A stretch of 63,847 nucleotides of DNA, filler included, from Deltaproteobacteria bacterium (GCA_016202395.1; 4 parts of 4 records of this genome joined end to end with filler, not necessarily neighbours in it); one strand, 5' to 3'. Positions 1 to 10,707 are shown, counted from the whole stretch's first letter. Program-made: numbers and translations. The notes: generated by a model not told the origin, from the sequence alone.

Positions 1-148
1 AAAAACAGGATCTGAGCCGAGACAAGGAAGATGAACAAAAAGCCCGCAAACGTAGCCAAAGTGCTACGTTGAGGACTTTTTGTGAAATCTGACGCAGTCG
101 CAGGCCAGAGCCTGTTTTTACAGTAGAAGATAGTTTTTAGAGGTGCCC
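1..148. repeat. Palindromic miniature repeat (MITE-like), left end cut by window edge
   Basis: Nested inverted repeats AAAAACAGG/CCTGTTTTT, ACAAAAAG/CTTTTTGT and AACGTAGC/GCTACGTT; ends in TTTTTAGAGGTGCCC; intergenic. Confidence 0.65.
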
Positions 149-163
149 TATAGTTCACGAAGG

Positions 164-1507
164 TTAAAACTGCATCGTGAGGCCGGCCCCACCTGCAAAG
201 GTTTGGCCGTCGTAATCGTAATCGCCGATGGGATCGTTTTCTTCTTTCAACGCTACACGCGAAGGGAGATAAACGTATTGCGCAAAGAGATCGAAGCTTA
301 AAGGATGCAGAATCGTTTGGCTAAAATTCTCAAAAGTAAAACCGGCCCCTAATGAAAAAATATGCTTGTCATTATCGAGATAATTGAGTTCTGCAGAAGT
401 GGGATCGGGGGCAGGGCTCGGATGAAAGGCGTAACCGCCACGAAGAGCGATTTTCGCTTTGGGCCCATCCACCCCAATGTACTCCACCCCAAGTTTGGGA
501 TTCAAAGTGTCACTAAAATTGGGATCCACAAACGGGGGAAGATTCGTTTCTCCCGAAGTTCCACCAAACAAAGAAACGTTATCAACCCCTTGCAAAGCCT
601 GGTTGGGGAACTCCGACCATTGGCGCCAAACGAGCCCTCCGAGCAAAAGCCATCGATCGCTCCAAGGATAAGCCGCGCCGAGAGCCACCTCCCGTGGAAC
701 CCAAAAGATGGAGGCCTCCGTGAGTGAATCGGCATTGAAGAACGATTGGGTGGTTTGCTCACCGGTGTCGGGATCGGTGGTGGTGCTCTGGATATTGATA
801 TCGCCAGGGACTGCAAAGGTCACACTCAACGATTCACGGTACAAAAAACCGATCCGAACATCGGGGAGAGAATCATCGAGCTTGGCCATTTCAAAAAGGA
901 GTCCTAAGGCTGGGGCCGCTTGATTCTGGCTCTCGAGATCAAACGCCACATCGGCCCTCTGTTCTTCGATGTCAGCCTCGATGAACTGCCCCTCTCCTTC
1001 ATTCGTCGCCAGTAATCCGACCGTGATCCCCAGCGCTAAGTAACGAGTGACATCGACAGAAAATGCGGGGAAGACGCTAACCTGATGAAAATCGGTATGG
1101 TAGATCACGAATCGGGGCTCGGTCACAGGAAGAATGCGAACACGGCTTAAGGTTTGATCCGGAATAAAAGCTCCCACTCCCACAGTCCACTTCCTCCCCA
1201 AAAAGTGGAAGGGGAAGGCAAGAGCCCCTTGGATCCCCCTTAAATTTTCTGTATCGACGGAAGCTCCATTAAATTCGAGATCGGCAGTAAGATAAAGATA
1301 AGAGGCGCTCAGAGTGACCTCCGAAAAATGATTCGCCCCCGCAGGATTGTACCAAAGGGTGGAGGCATCCTCGGGAGAGGCTTCTACGGCCCCAGCCAAT
1401 GCCGTCGAGCGCGGCCCAAAACCAACGGTGTAGAGGGTTTGAAACGCACTCACCCCTGTTGGCATGAAAAAAAGGATGAGCAAAATTTGAGCCAATTTCT
1501 TCATCAA
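164..1507 (-). CDS. FadL/OmpP1-family outer membrane transporter (hydrophobic compounds)
   Basis: Signal peptide, hatch motif GPRSTALAGA...DASTLWYNPAG, LRGGY..P.P.P, D.D near the C-terminus, C-terminal Phe. Confidence 0.85.
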   Translation of the reverse strand: MMKKLAQILLILFFMPTGVSAFQTLYTVGFGPRSTALAGAVEASPEDASTLWYNPAGANHFSEVTLSASYLYLTADLEFNGASVDTENLRGIQGALAFPFHFLGRKWTVGVGAFIPDQTLSRVRILPVTEPRFVIYHTDFHQVSVFPAFSVDVTRYLALGITVGLLATNEGEGQFIEADIEEQRADVAFDLESQNQAAPALGLLFEMAKLDDSLPDVRIGFLYRESLSVTFAVPGDINIQSTTTDPDTGEQTTQSFFNADSLTEASIFWVPREVALGAAYPWSDRWLLLGGLVWRQWSEFPNQALQGVDNVSLFGGTSGETNLPPFVDPNFSDTLNPKLGVEYIGVDGPKAKIALRGGYAFHPSPAPDPTSAELNYLDNDKHIFSLGAGFTFENFSQTILHPLSFDLFAQYVYLPSRVALKEENDPIGDYDYDGQTFAGGAGLTMQF

Positions 1508-2799
1508 ATTCGAATCACAAAACTAATTCCAAACGAATAAAAATTTCCCTCAGATTCGATTCCAGCTGCCCCTGGATTGGCAACGGAGACTGTGGAGTCC
1601 TTGCTTGTCGTCACAGAATCCAATAAGTGGTACTGAAAAAAAAGATCCATTGACAAAGGGTTCTCGCCGATCGCTTCTAAAAATTTAAAACCAAAGCCAC
1701 TGGCAAAGATCTGCCGATCTCCGTCTAAAAGATTGGTCTCCCCAGTCTGCGGTGGCACTGGGGAAGGATCAAAGGCATAGCCCCCTCGCAATGTAAAATG
1801 GACATCCCCCGATTGAAGGAGTGGATATTCTAAACCGATGCGCCCTACGATCTTGTCGTCAAACTCTGGCGTTTGTGGGACCACCACCTCAATCCCTTCA
1901 AAGGTGAGCGAGAGAGCATCCGAAGGGAAGTCAGACCAGAAAACGTAGTCGGCCTGAGTGGCAATGGTTAAACGGTCTAGCAAACGATACGAAACCCCCA
2001 ACGCCGCCCGAGCCGGCTCAAAGAAGGTAATGCCTCGAATATCCACATCGAGAAGCGCCCCCGCGAAATCGGCCTGAAAGGGGATGGCGGTCTCCATCTC
2101 AGAGGCATCGCGATAACTCGCCCCAACACGCCATCGTCGCCACTTCGGAAAACTCTCCCCTGGATTAAAGAGGACTCCAGCAATGGGGGCCACCTCCGCA
2201 GGGGTGTCATTCACAACGCGTCGATCCACAGCCCCTTGCAATGGACTCGTTTCAATGGTGGTGGTCGCTAGATAATTAATGAAAAAATTCGCCCCCGCAG
2301 CGAGTGAAAAAAACGGGACCGGTTTGTAAGCGAGGGCAAAATCGAACGAAAACTTTTGCCCCGCATTCTGAAACCGAACAAAATGGGGCTCGGTTTGCGG
2401 ATAGAAAGTGGCATTAAAAAAATGCTGGGTCGGGACAAAAACCCCTAGTCCAACGAAAAGTTTATCCTCTAACGGAGGCCCCATCGGAATAGCTCCGACG
2501 GCGCCGATATTGAGCCCACTAATATTTTCGGCATCGACCTCTTCTCCATTGAACTTGAGGTTAAAGGGAGAGAAAACGTAGCCCACAGCCACTTTGGCAT
2601 CCGGCCCCGCCGTGAGACCGGCCGCATTGTAGTAGATGGCTCCGCTGTCATCGGCCAGCCCCGCCATCGCCCCCGCCATCGCGGATCCGCGCGAACCAAA
2701 CCCGACCATCTCCCATGTGCCTGCGTAAAGCTGAATTGGGATCGTAATAGAGAAGAAGGCAATTCTCACCCCTAATTTTTTTCCTAGCATGATCCTCAA
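1504..2799 (-). CDS. FadL/OmpP1-family outer membrane transporter (paralog)
   Basis: GSRGSAMAGA...DDSGAIYYNAAG, LRGGYAFDPSPVP, LDGDR; 4-nt overlap with the next gene. Confidence 0.85.
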   Translation of the reverse strand: MRIMLGKKLGVRIAFFSITIPIQLYAGTWEMVGFGSRGSAMAGAMAGLADDSGAIYYNAAGLTAGPDAKVAVGYVFSPFNLKFNGEEVDAENISGLNIGAVGAIPMGPPLEDKLFVGLGVFVPTQHFFNATFYPQTEPHFVRFQNAGQKFSFDFALAYKPVPFFSLAAGANFFINYLATTTIETSPLQGAVDRRVVNDTPAEVAPIAGVLFNPGESFPKWRRWRVGASYRDASEMETAIPFQADFAGALLDVDIRGITFFEPARAALGVSYRLLDRLTIATQADYVFWSDFPSDALSLTFEGIEVVVPQTPEFDDKIVGRIGLEYPLLQSGDVHFTLRGGYAFDPSPVPPQTGETNLLDGDRQIFASGFGFKFLEAIGENPLSMDLFFQYHLLDSVTTSKDSTVSVANPGAAGIESEGNFYSFGISFVIRI

Positions 2800-2803
2800 T
2801 CCC

Positions 2804-3940
2804 TCAATCCAACGTTGAGCTTATGGTCAAATTCACTAAATCCACGACCGAGACCGTATCTGACTGCGAATTCGTCACATACGCCAGCAACGCATCCGAA
2901 GAGAAAACGACCTCCTCCGGAAAAAGCCCAATCGTGATCCCATCCACTTCCGTGGTGGAGGTGTCCGCATCCACCAGAGCCAAAGTATCGGCATTAAATA
3001 AAAAGAGCTTCCCTTCACGATCCACAATCACACCGGGCGTAAAAGCCCCTTCTCCACGATCCAGCGTTGTGGCGCCTACGACCACAGCGCGGGGGAGTCC
3101 TCCGGGATTCAAGGGAGGGAGCGCCGTTTCATCGACCGCAAAGGCAGCAACATCGATGATCGTGACATTGCCTGACGCGGGGTCTGGGATAAAAGCCCGA
3201 TTAGTGGTCGTTTGCAAGGTAACCGAAAATCCTCCTCGAGGAAGAGCCAGCGCGGTGAGAGCCTCCACCCCATTCTCATCTCGAGTGATCCGAACAAGCG
3301 AACTCGTCCCATGATCCATGATATACACGGGAAAGGCCCCATCGGTTAATGTGAAGCCGGTTGGGGCCTCTCCGGTGGCATCGGCCCGATCCAAAGAGAT
3401 CGTTTCTTGAATGGAAAAAGAGGTTAAGTCGATTTCAAGCAGAGCGAGGGAATCAGAGAGAAGGATATAGGCCAACAGTCCATCGGCCGAGACCACCATC
3501 TGTTCCGGAGTCCCACCGAGATTGAGTTCACTCACAGAGCTATCGAGGGCAATCGACGTCGAGGTGATCTGAACCGCGCGAAGATAACCGACATTGTCTT
3601 GAACCATCACCGTAAAAAGTCGAGCGCCGTCCGAAGAGAGGACCAGATCGCGAATGCGAGGAGTGGTGGTGGAGGTCGAGAGGGTTAAGGAGAGGGGGTT
3701 CCCTGTGAGACTCAGCGGTTCTCCCGTAGAGAGATCCACGACACTCACGGTGCCAGTGTCACTGTTGGCCAGGTACAAAACCTGTCCACTCCCACTGGTG
3801 AGATTCGCCCCGATCGCAATTTCTGTAGGCCCCGAGTAATTCCCAGTAGTTTCGGAGGTGGTGGAGCCATCACCGCACCCACACGTTACAAGAAGCAGGA
3901 CGGCCATCTTTTCAGCCATTTTCACAACAAATCTCCTCAT
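2804..3940 (-). CDS. YVTN/YncE-like beta-propeller lipoprotein
   Basis: Lipobox-like Cys (LLVTCGC); repeats LYLANSDTGTVSVVDL and AYVTNSQSDTVSVVDL. Confidence 0.8.
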   Translation of the reverse strand: MRRFVVKMAEKMAVLLLVTCGCGDGSTTSETTGNYSGPTEIAIGANLTSGSGQVLYLANSDTGTVSVVDLSTGEPLSLTGNPLSLTLSTSTTTPRIRDLVLSSDGARLFTVMVQDNVGYLRAVQITSTSIALDSSVSELNLGGTPEQMVVSADGLLAYILLSDSLALLEIDLTSFSIQETISLDRADATGEAPTGFTLTDGAFPVYIMDHGTSSLVRITRDENGVEALTALALPRGGFSVTLQTTTNRAFIPDPASGNVTIIDVAAFAVDETALPPLNPGGLPRAVVVGATTLDRGEGAFTPGVIVDREGKLFLFNADTLALVDADTSTTEVDGITIGLFPEEVVFSSDALLAYVTNSQSDTVSVVDLVNLTISSTLD

Positions 3941-5058
3941 GGAATCGTAGCAATGACCGTAAAACGCGTACCGCTCGCTGGATCGTTATCGATCACAGAG
4001 ATTGAATCGTCATTCAAATTCCCCACATAAACCCTCTGCCCGTTGGGCGAGATCGCCATCGCCTGAGGATTATCCCCAACCGTGATCTCGCGTTCCAACT
4101 CTCGAGTGGCGCGATCCAAAACAGCCACCTCATCCGTCTCTGAACAGGCAACGAAAATCTCTCCGCTCGCCACAGCCACAATCCCATCCGGATTGTCACA
4201 GCTTGAGGGAAGAGCGATGAGATCCACCACGCGGAGATTCGCCGTGTCGATCACCACAACACTATCGGGATCTCGGTTGCCGAGGTAAGCCTCATTCACT
4301 CCATCGATGGGGCTCACCGCGATTCCACGAGAATTGATAGCTGTAGAGCCGGTCTCGATTTCGATCGGATTGGTTCCATCGGCAGAGGCATCGGTATCGA
4401 CCTCCGTCAGAGAATTGAGATCGATCACATGAATAAAATTGGAAAGCTGATCGGTCACAAAGGCTCGCGCTCCATCTCTGGAGAGAGCAATCCCTGCAGG
4501 GCGCGAGCCGAGTTCTCCTTCCACCAAAGTAATAGTGGCAACGACGGAAAGGCTCGAGGCATCGACGATGCTGATACTTCCAGAACCAAGGTTGCTGACC
4601 AACACGTGGGTGGTTGCTGCGTTGAAAGCCACCGCAAAGGGATCCTCCTCTAGAGCGATCTCGGTCTGAATCGATCCCGAGGCAAGATCGATCACTAAAA
4701 GACGGTCCGCGGTCCTCTCGGTCACAAAAGCACGGGTCCCATCGGCATTGGTCGCGATCTCTCCTAAAAGGTGTCGGCGTCCTGAAGTTTCATCCCCGAG
4801 TCGGGTCTCAATGCGGCTCGCGACGGCATTGGAAGTAGCATCGACCGTAACCACTTGCCCCCCACAATACTGCACGGCGAGGTCCCCACTGGAAACCAAC
4901 AGATTCCCATTCGTGGGAAGGGTTGCCATCCCCACCGGATCCTGAACATTTTGCGGAACGGTGTCACACTCCGGCGTGAAGGTACACCCCAAAAGAGGGG
5001 CGAACAGGATCCCCACCAGTCCTAACCCTAAGGTTTTAATAGATTTCGGCTGTCTCAT
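3937..5058 (-). CDS. YVTN/YncE-like beta-propeller lipoprotein
   Basis: Lipobox LLGC; multiple YVTN-type repeats (VYVGNLNDDSISVID). Start placed at ATG 5058; ORF is open to 5106. Confidence 0.8.
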   Translation of the reverse strand: MRQPKSIKTLGLGLVGILFAPLLGCTFTPECDTVPQNVQDPVGMATLPTNGNLLVSSGDLAVQYCGGQVVTVDATSNAVASRIETRLGDETSGRRHLLGEIATNADGTRAFVTERTADRLLVIDLASGSIQTEIALEEDPFAVAFNAATTHVLVSNLGSGSISIVDASSLSVVATITLVEGELGSRPAGIALSRDGARAFVTDQLSNFIHVIDLNSLTEVDTDASADGTNPIEIETGSTAINSRGIAVSPIDGVNEAYLGNRDPDSVVVIDTANLRVVDLIALPSSCDNPDGIVAVASGEIFVACSETDEVAVLDRATRELEREITVGDNPQAMAISPNGQRVYVGNLNDDSISVIDNDPASGTRFTVIATIP

Positions 5059-5159
5059 AAACCTCAAAACCAAGGATATATAGCACATCCTCTTTTGGAA
5101 CTCCAAGCATACTTTTGGGTTGAAATCCCACTCAATAGCAGCTAAATTGTCATGGAAAC

Positions 5160-6224
5160 ATGCCGAAGAAGACGTTAAAAAGCTTCGCGGTGGAGTGGCT
5201 TCAGGTTTTGGATGAACAGGGGAACTGCGATGAAATGCTTCGCCCCGCGCTTTCCGATGCCCAACTCCAAAAGCTTTACGAATGGATGATTTTAATCCGC
5301 ACTTTCGATGAAAAAGCCTTCAATCTCCAGCGCCAAGGGCGTCTGGGAACCTATGCTCCAGTCCATGGGCACGAGGCAACCCAAGTGGGAAGCGCCTTTG
5401 CCCTGCAACCCTCGGACTGGGTCTTTGCCTCTTACCGAGATGGCGCTGTGTATGGGGTTCGAGGCCTGCCTCTAGCGATGATCTTCCAATACTGGGCTGG
5501 AGACGAACGGGGGATGCAGATTCCCAAAGGAGAAAACGATTTTCCGATGACCATCCAGGTGGGAACTCAAATCCCGCTAGCCGTTGGCGCCGCCTACGCG
5601 GCTAAACTTCGAAAAGAGGCCATCGCTGTTGCCGTTTATTTCGGGGATGGGGCCACCTCAAAGGGGGATTTCCATGAAGGGCTCAATTTTGCCGGCGTTC
5701 ACCGGCTTCCGATCGTTTTCATCTGCGAGAACAATCACTACGCGATCTCTGTCCCTTTGAAATACCAAACCGGATCGGACACACTCGCCCAAAAAGCGAT
5801 CGCCTACGGTTTTACAGGGATTCAGGTGGACGGAAATGATGCATTGGGGGTCTACCGTGCGACCTTGGAGGCGCTAGAGAAAGCGCGAAAAGGGGAGGGA
5901 CCTACCCTCATTGAATGTTTTACGTACCGGATGGGAGACCATACCACCGCTGATGACGCGAGCCGCTATCGGTCTGCAGAAGAGGTTCAAATTTGGCAAA
6001 AAAAGGATCCGGTCGAACGATTCGAAAAATATCTGGAATCCAAAGGGATCTGGAATAAAAGCTACGAAGAAAAGGTTCGCTCGAAGGCCCAAGAGGAGGT
6101 AGCTCAAGTCGTTCGGGAATTTGAGTCCTTGCCGCCACCCGATCCGGAAGATATGATTCGATATACCTTTGACACGTTGCCACCGGACCTCGCAAAACAG
6201 ATGGAAAACTTAAAGTCATCCTGA
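5160..6224 (+). CDS. pdhA: Pyruvate/2-oxoacid dehydrogenase E1 alpha
   Basis: LQRQGRLGTY, TPP motif GDGATS...NN.YAIS, YRMGDHTTADD. Confidence 0.92.
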   Translation: MPKKTLKSFAVEWLQVLDEQGNCDEMLRPALSDAQLQKLYEWMILIRTFDEKAFNLQRQGRLGTYAPVHGHEATQVGSAFALQPSDWVFASYRDGAVYGVRGLPLAMIFQYWAGDERGMQIPKGENDFPMTIQVGTQIPLAVGAAYAAKLRKEAIAVAVYFGDGATSKGDFHEGLNFAGVHRLPIVFICENNHYAISVPLKYQTGSDTLAQKAIAYGFTGIQVDGNDALGVYRATLEALEKARKGEGPTLIECFTYRMGDHTTADDASRYRSAEEVQIWQKKDPVERFEKYLESKGIWNKSYEEKVRSKAQEEVAQVVREFESLPPPDPEDMIRYTFDTLPPDLAKQMENLKSS

Positions 6225-7201
6225 TGGCGATACTGAATCTTGTACAATCGATTAATTTAGCGCTCCGACAGGAGATGGAACGAGACCCTCGAGTCGTGCT
6301 TCTGGGAGAAGATATTGGGAAAAATGGCGGCGTCTTTCGTGTCACGGAAGGACTCCAACAGAAATTCGGAGAAGCGCGTGTTATCGATTCCCCACTCTCC
6401 GAATCAGGGATCGTCGGATTCTCCATAGGCATGTCGGTCTACGGACTGGTCCCGGTGGCGGAGATCCAGTTTATGGGGTTCCTCTACGGAGCGATGGAAC
6501 AGATTCTCTCCCACGCAAGCCGGATCCGGATGCGATCCCGCGGAAGATTCCATTGCCCACTCGTGATCCGAACCCCTTACGGAGGCGGGATCCATGCCCC
6601 AGAGCTCCACTCGGAGAGCACCGAGGCCTTTTTTGTTCATGCTCCTGGAATTAAAGTGGTAGTCCCCTCCACACCATATCAGGCTAAAGGACTCTTGATC
6701 TCTGCCATTCGAGATCCCGATCCCGTACTTTTCTTGGAGCCTTCCAGGGTGTACCGTTCCATCAAAGAAGAGGTCCCCGAAGAGGAGTACACCCTCCCTT
6801 TAGGAGAGGCGCGGATCGTCATGGAAGGGGAGGATGTGACGCTCGTCAGTTGGGGGGCGATGCTGCTGACAACCCTGAATGCCGCCAAGCAGGCTCAAGA
6901 AAAAGGGGTGCACGCGGAGGTGATCGATCTGCGAACGCTTTATCCACTCGATACTAAAACGGTTGTGGAATCGGTGAAAAAAACAAAAAGGGCGGTCATT
7001 GTTCATGAGGCCCCCAAAACGGGTGGCTTGGGAGCCGAGATTATCGCTCGAATTAATGAAGAGGCTCTGCTACACTTAGAGGCGCCAGTGGAACGGGTCA
7101 CCGGTTACGACACTGCCATTCCACTTTCCCAACTGGAGTCCTATTATCTGCCGAGTGTGAACCGCATCATTCATGCTATAGAGAAGGTGAGGAGCTTTTG
7201 A
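6224..7201 (+). CDS. pdhB: Pyruvate/2-oxoacid dehydrogenase E1 beta
   Basis: GEDIGKNGGVFRVT, DSPLSESGIVG, AEIQF, ELHSES, EVIDLRTL. Confidence 0.92.
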   Translation: MAILNLVQSINLALRQEMERDPRVVLLGEDIGKNGGVFRVTEGLQQKFGEARVIDSPLSESGIVGFSIGMSVYGLVPVAEIQFMGFLYGAMEQILSHASRIRMRSRGRFHCPLVIRTPYGGGIHAPELHSESTEAFFVHAPGIKVVVPSTPYQAKGLLISAIRDPDPVLFLEPSRVYRSIKEEVPEEEYTLPLGEARIVMEGEDVTLVSWGAMLLTTLNAAKQAQEKGVHAEVIDLRTLYPLDTKTVVESVKKTKRAVIVHEAPKTGGLGAEIIARINEEALLHLEAPVERVTGYDTAIPLSQLESYYLPSVNRIIHAIEKVRSF

Positions 7202-7204
7202 TCT

Positions 7205-8356
7205 ATGATTCAAGAATTTAAATTTCCGGATGTGGGGGAGGGGATTGCGGAAGGAGAGATCGTAAAATGGCTTGTCAAAGAAGGGGACACGGTTAAAGAG
7301 GATCAAGAACTGGTTGAGATCGAGACCGACAAAGCCCTTGTGACGATGCCGTCCCCTTACGCAGGAAAAGTTGTGCAACTCTTTGGGAAGCCCGGCACGA
7401 TCATTAAAGTCGGCGACGTCCTGGCTACCCTCGACCCCCTCGCAACTCCTCCAGCCACAAAATCCACAGAAAAAAGGAAGGATGCTGGAACCGTGGTGGG
7501 GAACCTGGAGGGGGAAGAGATCCTCCTTACCCCGGAGATTCAAGCCACACCGGCCGTCCGAGCGCTGGCCAAGGAGCTCGGTGTTGATCTCTCCCTATTG
7601 AAAGGATCCGGGCCGGGGGGACGCATTGAACGTGAAGATGTGGAAAAAGCGGCAACGCAAGGGACCGATCCAGGGAAAGACGCGTTTGGCCCCGTAGAGA
7701 AAATGCCGTTCCGGGGGGTGCGACGAACCATCGCAAAAAATGTGATGGAAACGGTTCGGCATGTGGCCGCTGTCACTTTCATGCAAGAAGCGGACATCAC
7801 AGAACTGGGGAAAGAACGGGCTAAAGGAAAGAAGGAGAGGCTCACCTATCTCCCTTTTATGATCCAAGCCGTCATCCCAGCGCTCAAGGCCCATCCCAAA
7901 TTCAACGCTTCGCTCAATGAGGAATTGGGAATCCTCTCCCTCAAGAAATACTACCACATCGGCATCGCCGTCGACACCCCAGAAGGACTCATGGTTTTTC
8001 CTATCAAAGAGGCCGATAAAAAGTCCCTCTCCGATCTGGCTCAAGAGCTGGAGGTTCTAGCGGAAAAGGCAAGATCCCGAACCATCGATCTAGCGGAGCT
8101 CAAAGGAAGCACCTTCACCATCACCAATTACGGCGCCATCGGTGGCAGCTACGGCACACCGATTATTCATTATCCCGAGGTAGCGATTCTGGGAATGGGG
8201 AAAATTGAAGATAAACCGGCTGTTCGCGAGGGCCAGATCGTCATCCGAAAAATCCTCCCTCTCTCTTTAACCTTCGATCACCGTGTCGTCGACGGGGCCG
8301 AATCCGCCCGTTTTCTGAATGACGTTATTCAGCGCCTTTTGATTTCCTCCCAATAA
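7205..8356 (+). CDS. pdhC: Dihydrolipoamide acyltransferase E2
   Basis: Lipoyl domain ETDKA, E3-binding PAVRALAKELGVDL..GSGPGGRI, catalytic DHRVVDG; no E3 gene in the cluster. Confidence 0.9.
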   Translation: MIQEFKFPDVGEGIAEGEIVKWLVKEGDTVKEDQELVEIETDKALVTMPSPYAGKVVQLFGKPGTIIKVGDVLATLDPLATPPATKSTEKRKDAGTVVGNLEGEEILLTPEIQATPAVRALAKELGVDLSLLKGSGPGGRIEREDVEKAATQGTDPGKDAFGPVEKMPFRGVRRTIAKNVMETVRHVAAVTFMQEADITELGKERAKGKKERLTYLPFMIQAVIPALKAHPKFNASLNEELGILSLKKYYHIGIAVDTPEGLMVFPIKEADKKSLSDLAQELEVLAEKARSRTIDLAELKGSTFTITNYGAIGGSYGTPIIHYPEVAILGMGKIEDKPAVREGQIVIRKILPLSLTFDHRVVDGAESARFLNDVIQRLLISSQ

Positions 8357-9965
8357 AGCGGTCGGTGGCGACCTGCTGGGTGATGGAGAGAACGTTGTTC
8401 ACAAGCCAGTAGATGACCAATCCGGAAGGAAATCCCCAAAAGAGGAAGGTAAAGATGATCGGCATAAAAAGCATCATCTGAGCCTGACGGGGATCGAGGC
8501 TGGTGGGGGAGAGCCTCTGCTGCAACCACATCGTTCCCCCCATGATGAGAGGGAGGAGACGGATCGGAATCGTCCAGCCAAAGAGACTCAACGACCAAAG
8601 ATTTTCTGGGGAAGAAAGATCGTTAATCCACGCCACAAACGGGGCATGGCGAAGCTCAATCGATTCTAGCAACACACGGTAAAGCGCAAAAAAGACCGGG
8701 ATCTGCAATAAAATCGGGAGACATCCGCCAAAGGGGTTCACCCGATGGCGCTTGTAGAGATCCATCATCTCTTGATTCAACCGCATCCGATCTTTCCCAT
8801 ACTTCTCCTTGATCCGATCCATCTCCGGCTTGAGCATCTGAAGCTTTTTCATCGATTGGGTGCTCTTATGGGTCAAAGGGGCAAAGAGGATCTTGATTAA
8901 GATTGTGAGCAAGATGATGATAACGCCATAATTTCCAATCAGATGATCATGGCTCCAGATCATGAAGAGGGCGAGCGGCTTCGCCAGAAATCCAAACCAT
9001 CCGAAATCGATCGCTCTCTCCAGATCGAAACCAAATCGGCCGAGCTCGCGCAACCCTTTCGGCCCCAGATAGAGCTTCCACTGCTGCATTAAAGCCCCTT
9101 CGACCCCCACCGATGGGCCGAATGAGGTCGATGTCACCCCCACGACCGTCTGATGCGTCCCTGGGTTGAAGTACTCTCGATTCATTCGAAGCGCGCCGTT
9201 CTCTTTCGTCACCGGGATGAAGGCGGAGAGAAAATACCGATCGACATAACCGATCCAATGGATCTCCCCTTTCAGTTCCTTGGAAACTTTAAGCTTTTCT
9301 CCTCTCTCATGGAGCACCTCTCTTCCAATCATCGCAGTCGCTCCGCTAAAACCAGAGCGCTGATCTTGCTTGCCGTTGCTCCCCCCATACCACATCAAGG
9401 AGACATCCCCAGCGAGCGCCCCTTTCGTGGGGTGCGCTTCCACCGTCAAATCGATGCCGTAACTTCCCCCATGAAAAACCCAGCGCTTCTCCACTTTCCC
9501 TTGAAGCCCCTCCCAATAAAACGATAAAACCTGCTCCTCCCCTTCGGAAACGGTTAACGCCTTCACTGAAGGACGATAAAAAGCGAATCGGGCCTCCTCC
9601 AATCCTCCCACCATCACCTCTGCGGGCAAAAAAGATTCCTGCAGAGCGAGCGAGCTCACCAAATCGACCGGGGGAGCATCCTCCTCAACAGAGGTCCGGT
9701 ACCTTTTAAGTTCAAAAGAGATGAGTCGAGCCCCGGAGGTAATAAAAACAGCTCGATACAACGGGGTATCGACCACGACCTCTTCCGCTTCTTCCCATCT
9801 CGCAGAGGGGCGAGAGAGCTCCTTTATCTCCTCGATCCGAGGTTCAGAAACCGTGGAGGAGGGGGAAATGGGAGGAGGAGCAGGAGGACGTGGAGACAAG
9901 AAATACTGGTAGATCACCAAGACCAAAATCGAGAGAACTGCGGCTAGAAGAGCTCTTTTTTCCAT
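8325..9965 (-). CDS. yidC: Membrane protein insertase YidC
   Basis: LYLGPK, IDFGWF, NPFGGCLPILLQIPVFFALY, GLVIYWLVNN; canonical synteny. Confidence 0.97.
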   Translation of the reverse strand: MEKRALLAAVLSILVLVIYQYFLSPRPPAPPPISPSSTVSEPRIEEIKELSRPSARWEEAEEVVVDTPLYRAVFITSGARLISFELKRYRTSVEEDAPPVDLVSSLALQESFLPAEVMVGGLEEARFAFYRPSVKALTVSEGEEQVLSFYWEGLQGKVEKRWVFHGGSYGIDLTVEAHPTKGALAGDVSLMWYGGSNGKQDQRSGFSGATAMIGREVLHERGEKLKVSKELKGEIHWIGYVDRYFLSAFIPVTKENGALRMNREYFNPGTHQTVVGVTSTSFGPSVGVEGALMQQWKLYLGPKGLRELGRFGFDLERAIDFGWFGFLAKPLALFMIWSHDHLIGNYGVIIILLTILIKILFAPLTHKSTQSMKKLQMLKPEMDRIKEKYGKDRMRLNQEMMDLYKRHRVNPFGGCLPILLQIPVFFALYRVLLESIELRHAPFVAWINDLSSPENLWSLSLFGWTIPIRLLPLIMGGTMWLQQRLSPTSLDPRQAQMMLFMPIIFTFLFWGFPSGLVIYWLVNNVLSITQQVATDRFIGRKSKGAE

Positions 9966-9967
9966 GC

Positions 9968-10174
9968 TTATCCCTTATGAGGCACGGGGTCATATCCTCC
10001 AGGGTTCCAAGGATGGCATCGAAGGATGCGCCTGAAGCCTAAAAGAATCCCCCAAAAGAGCCCATGCCGTTGAATGGTCTCTTCCATGTAGTGAGAGCAA
10101 GAAGGGAAAAATCGGCAACCCCCTCCCCACCATGGAGAGAGGAACCATCGATAAAATCGAATAAAAAGAATCAA
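9968..10174 (-). CDS. yidD: Membrane protein insertion efficiency factor YidD
   Basis: [10 protein letters not shown]...[20 protein letters not shown] start. Confidence 0.95.
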   Translation of the reverse strand: MILFIRFYRWFLSPWWGGGCRFFPSCSHYMEETIQRHGLFWGILLGFRRILRCHPWNPGGYDPVPHKG

Positions 10175-10183
10175 TGGACCCCC

Positions 10184-10534
10184 TCAATTCTTAATCTCAA
10201 ATGCCTTGTCGAGTTCGTCACGAATCTCTAGATACGATCCTTCCGCAGCCCCTGAACGACACCGAATCACAAGATCAAAGTGTTTTGCCACAGAGCCGCC
10301 ACCAGAGCCACAACGATGCCGAAACCACTCTCGAATCCGGCGCTTCACACGGTTCCTTTGAACCGCCCCGCCTATAGGTTTCGAAACAGCAATCCCCAGG
10401 CGATGGAATTTTCTAGAAGTTTCAAGCCGATAGAGAATAAAATGAGGGACAACCCGTCTCTCCCCCTGACGCAGAACCGCTGCAAAATCGGACTGAAGCG
10501 AAAGGCGATGTCCTCTTGTGAACCGAAGCGACAT
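10184..10534 (-). CDS. rnpA: Ribonuclease P protein component
   Basis: RLGIAVSK..GGAVQRNRVKRRIRE (RNR motif); synteny. Confidence 0.95.
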   Translation of the reverse strand: MSLRFTRGHRLSLQSDFAAVLRQGERRVVPHFILYRLETSRKFHRLGIAVSKPIGGAVQRNRVKRRIREWFRHRCGSGGGSVAKHFDLVIRCRSGAAEGSYLEIRDELDKAFEIKN

Positions 10535-10543
10535 GGATGCGAG

Positions 10544-10693
10544 TCACTTGTGGCTCACGACCACCACAAGTCGCTTGCGTCCTTTAGCTCGACGTCGTTT
10601 TAAAACCTTGCGTCCTCCAGGAGTTCGCATGCGCCGGCGAAACCCATGGACTTTCTTCCTTCTTCTTTTATGTGGTTGAAAAGTTCGTTTCAT
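10544..10693 (-). CDS. rpmH: 50S ribosomal protein L34 (49 aa, absent from ORF track)
   Basis: Translated by hand: [49 protein letters not shown]. Confidence 0.97.
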   Translation of the reverse strand: MKRTFQPHKRRRKKVHGFRRRMRTPGGRKVLKRRRAKGRKRLVVVVSHK

Positions 10694-10707
10694 TTTACCG
10701 AGGCGCG

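Noticed and set aside
9968-10534. rnpA and yidD are in the same frame separated by one TGA (possible readthrough fusion)
   Set aside because: yidD has its own GAGGGGG RBS and TTG start; no recoding signal seen
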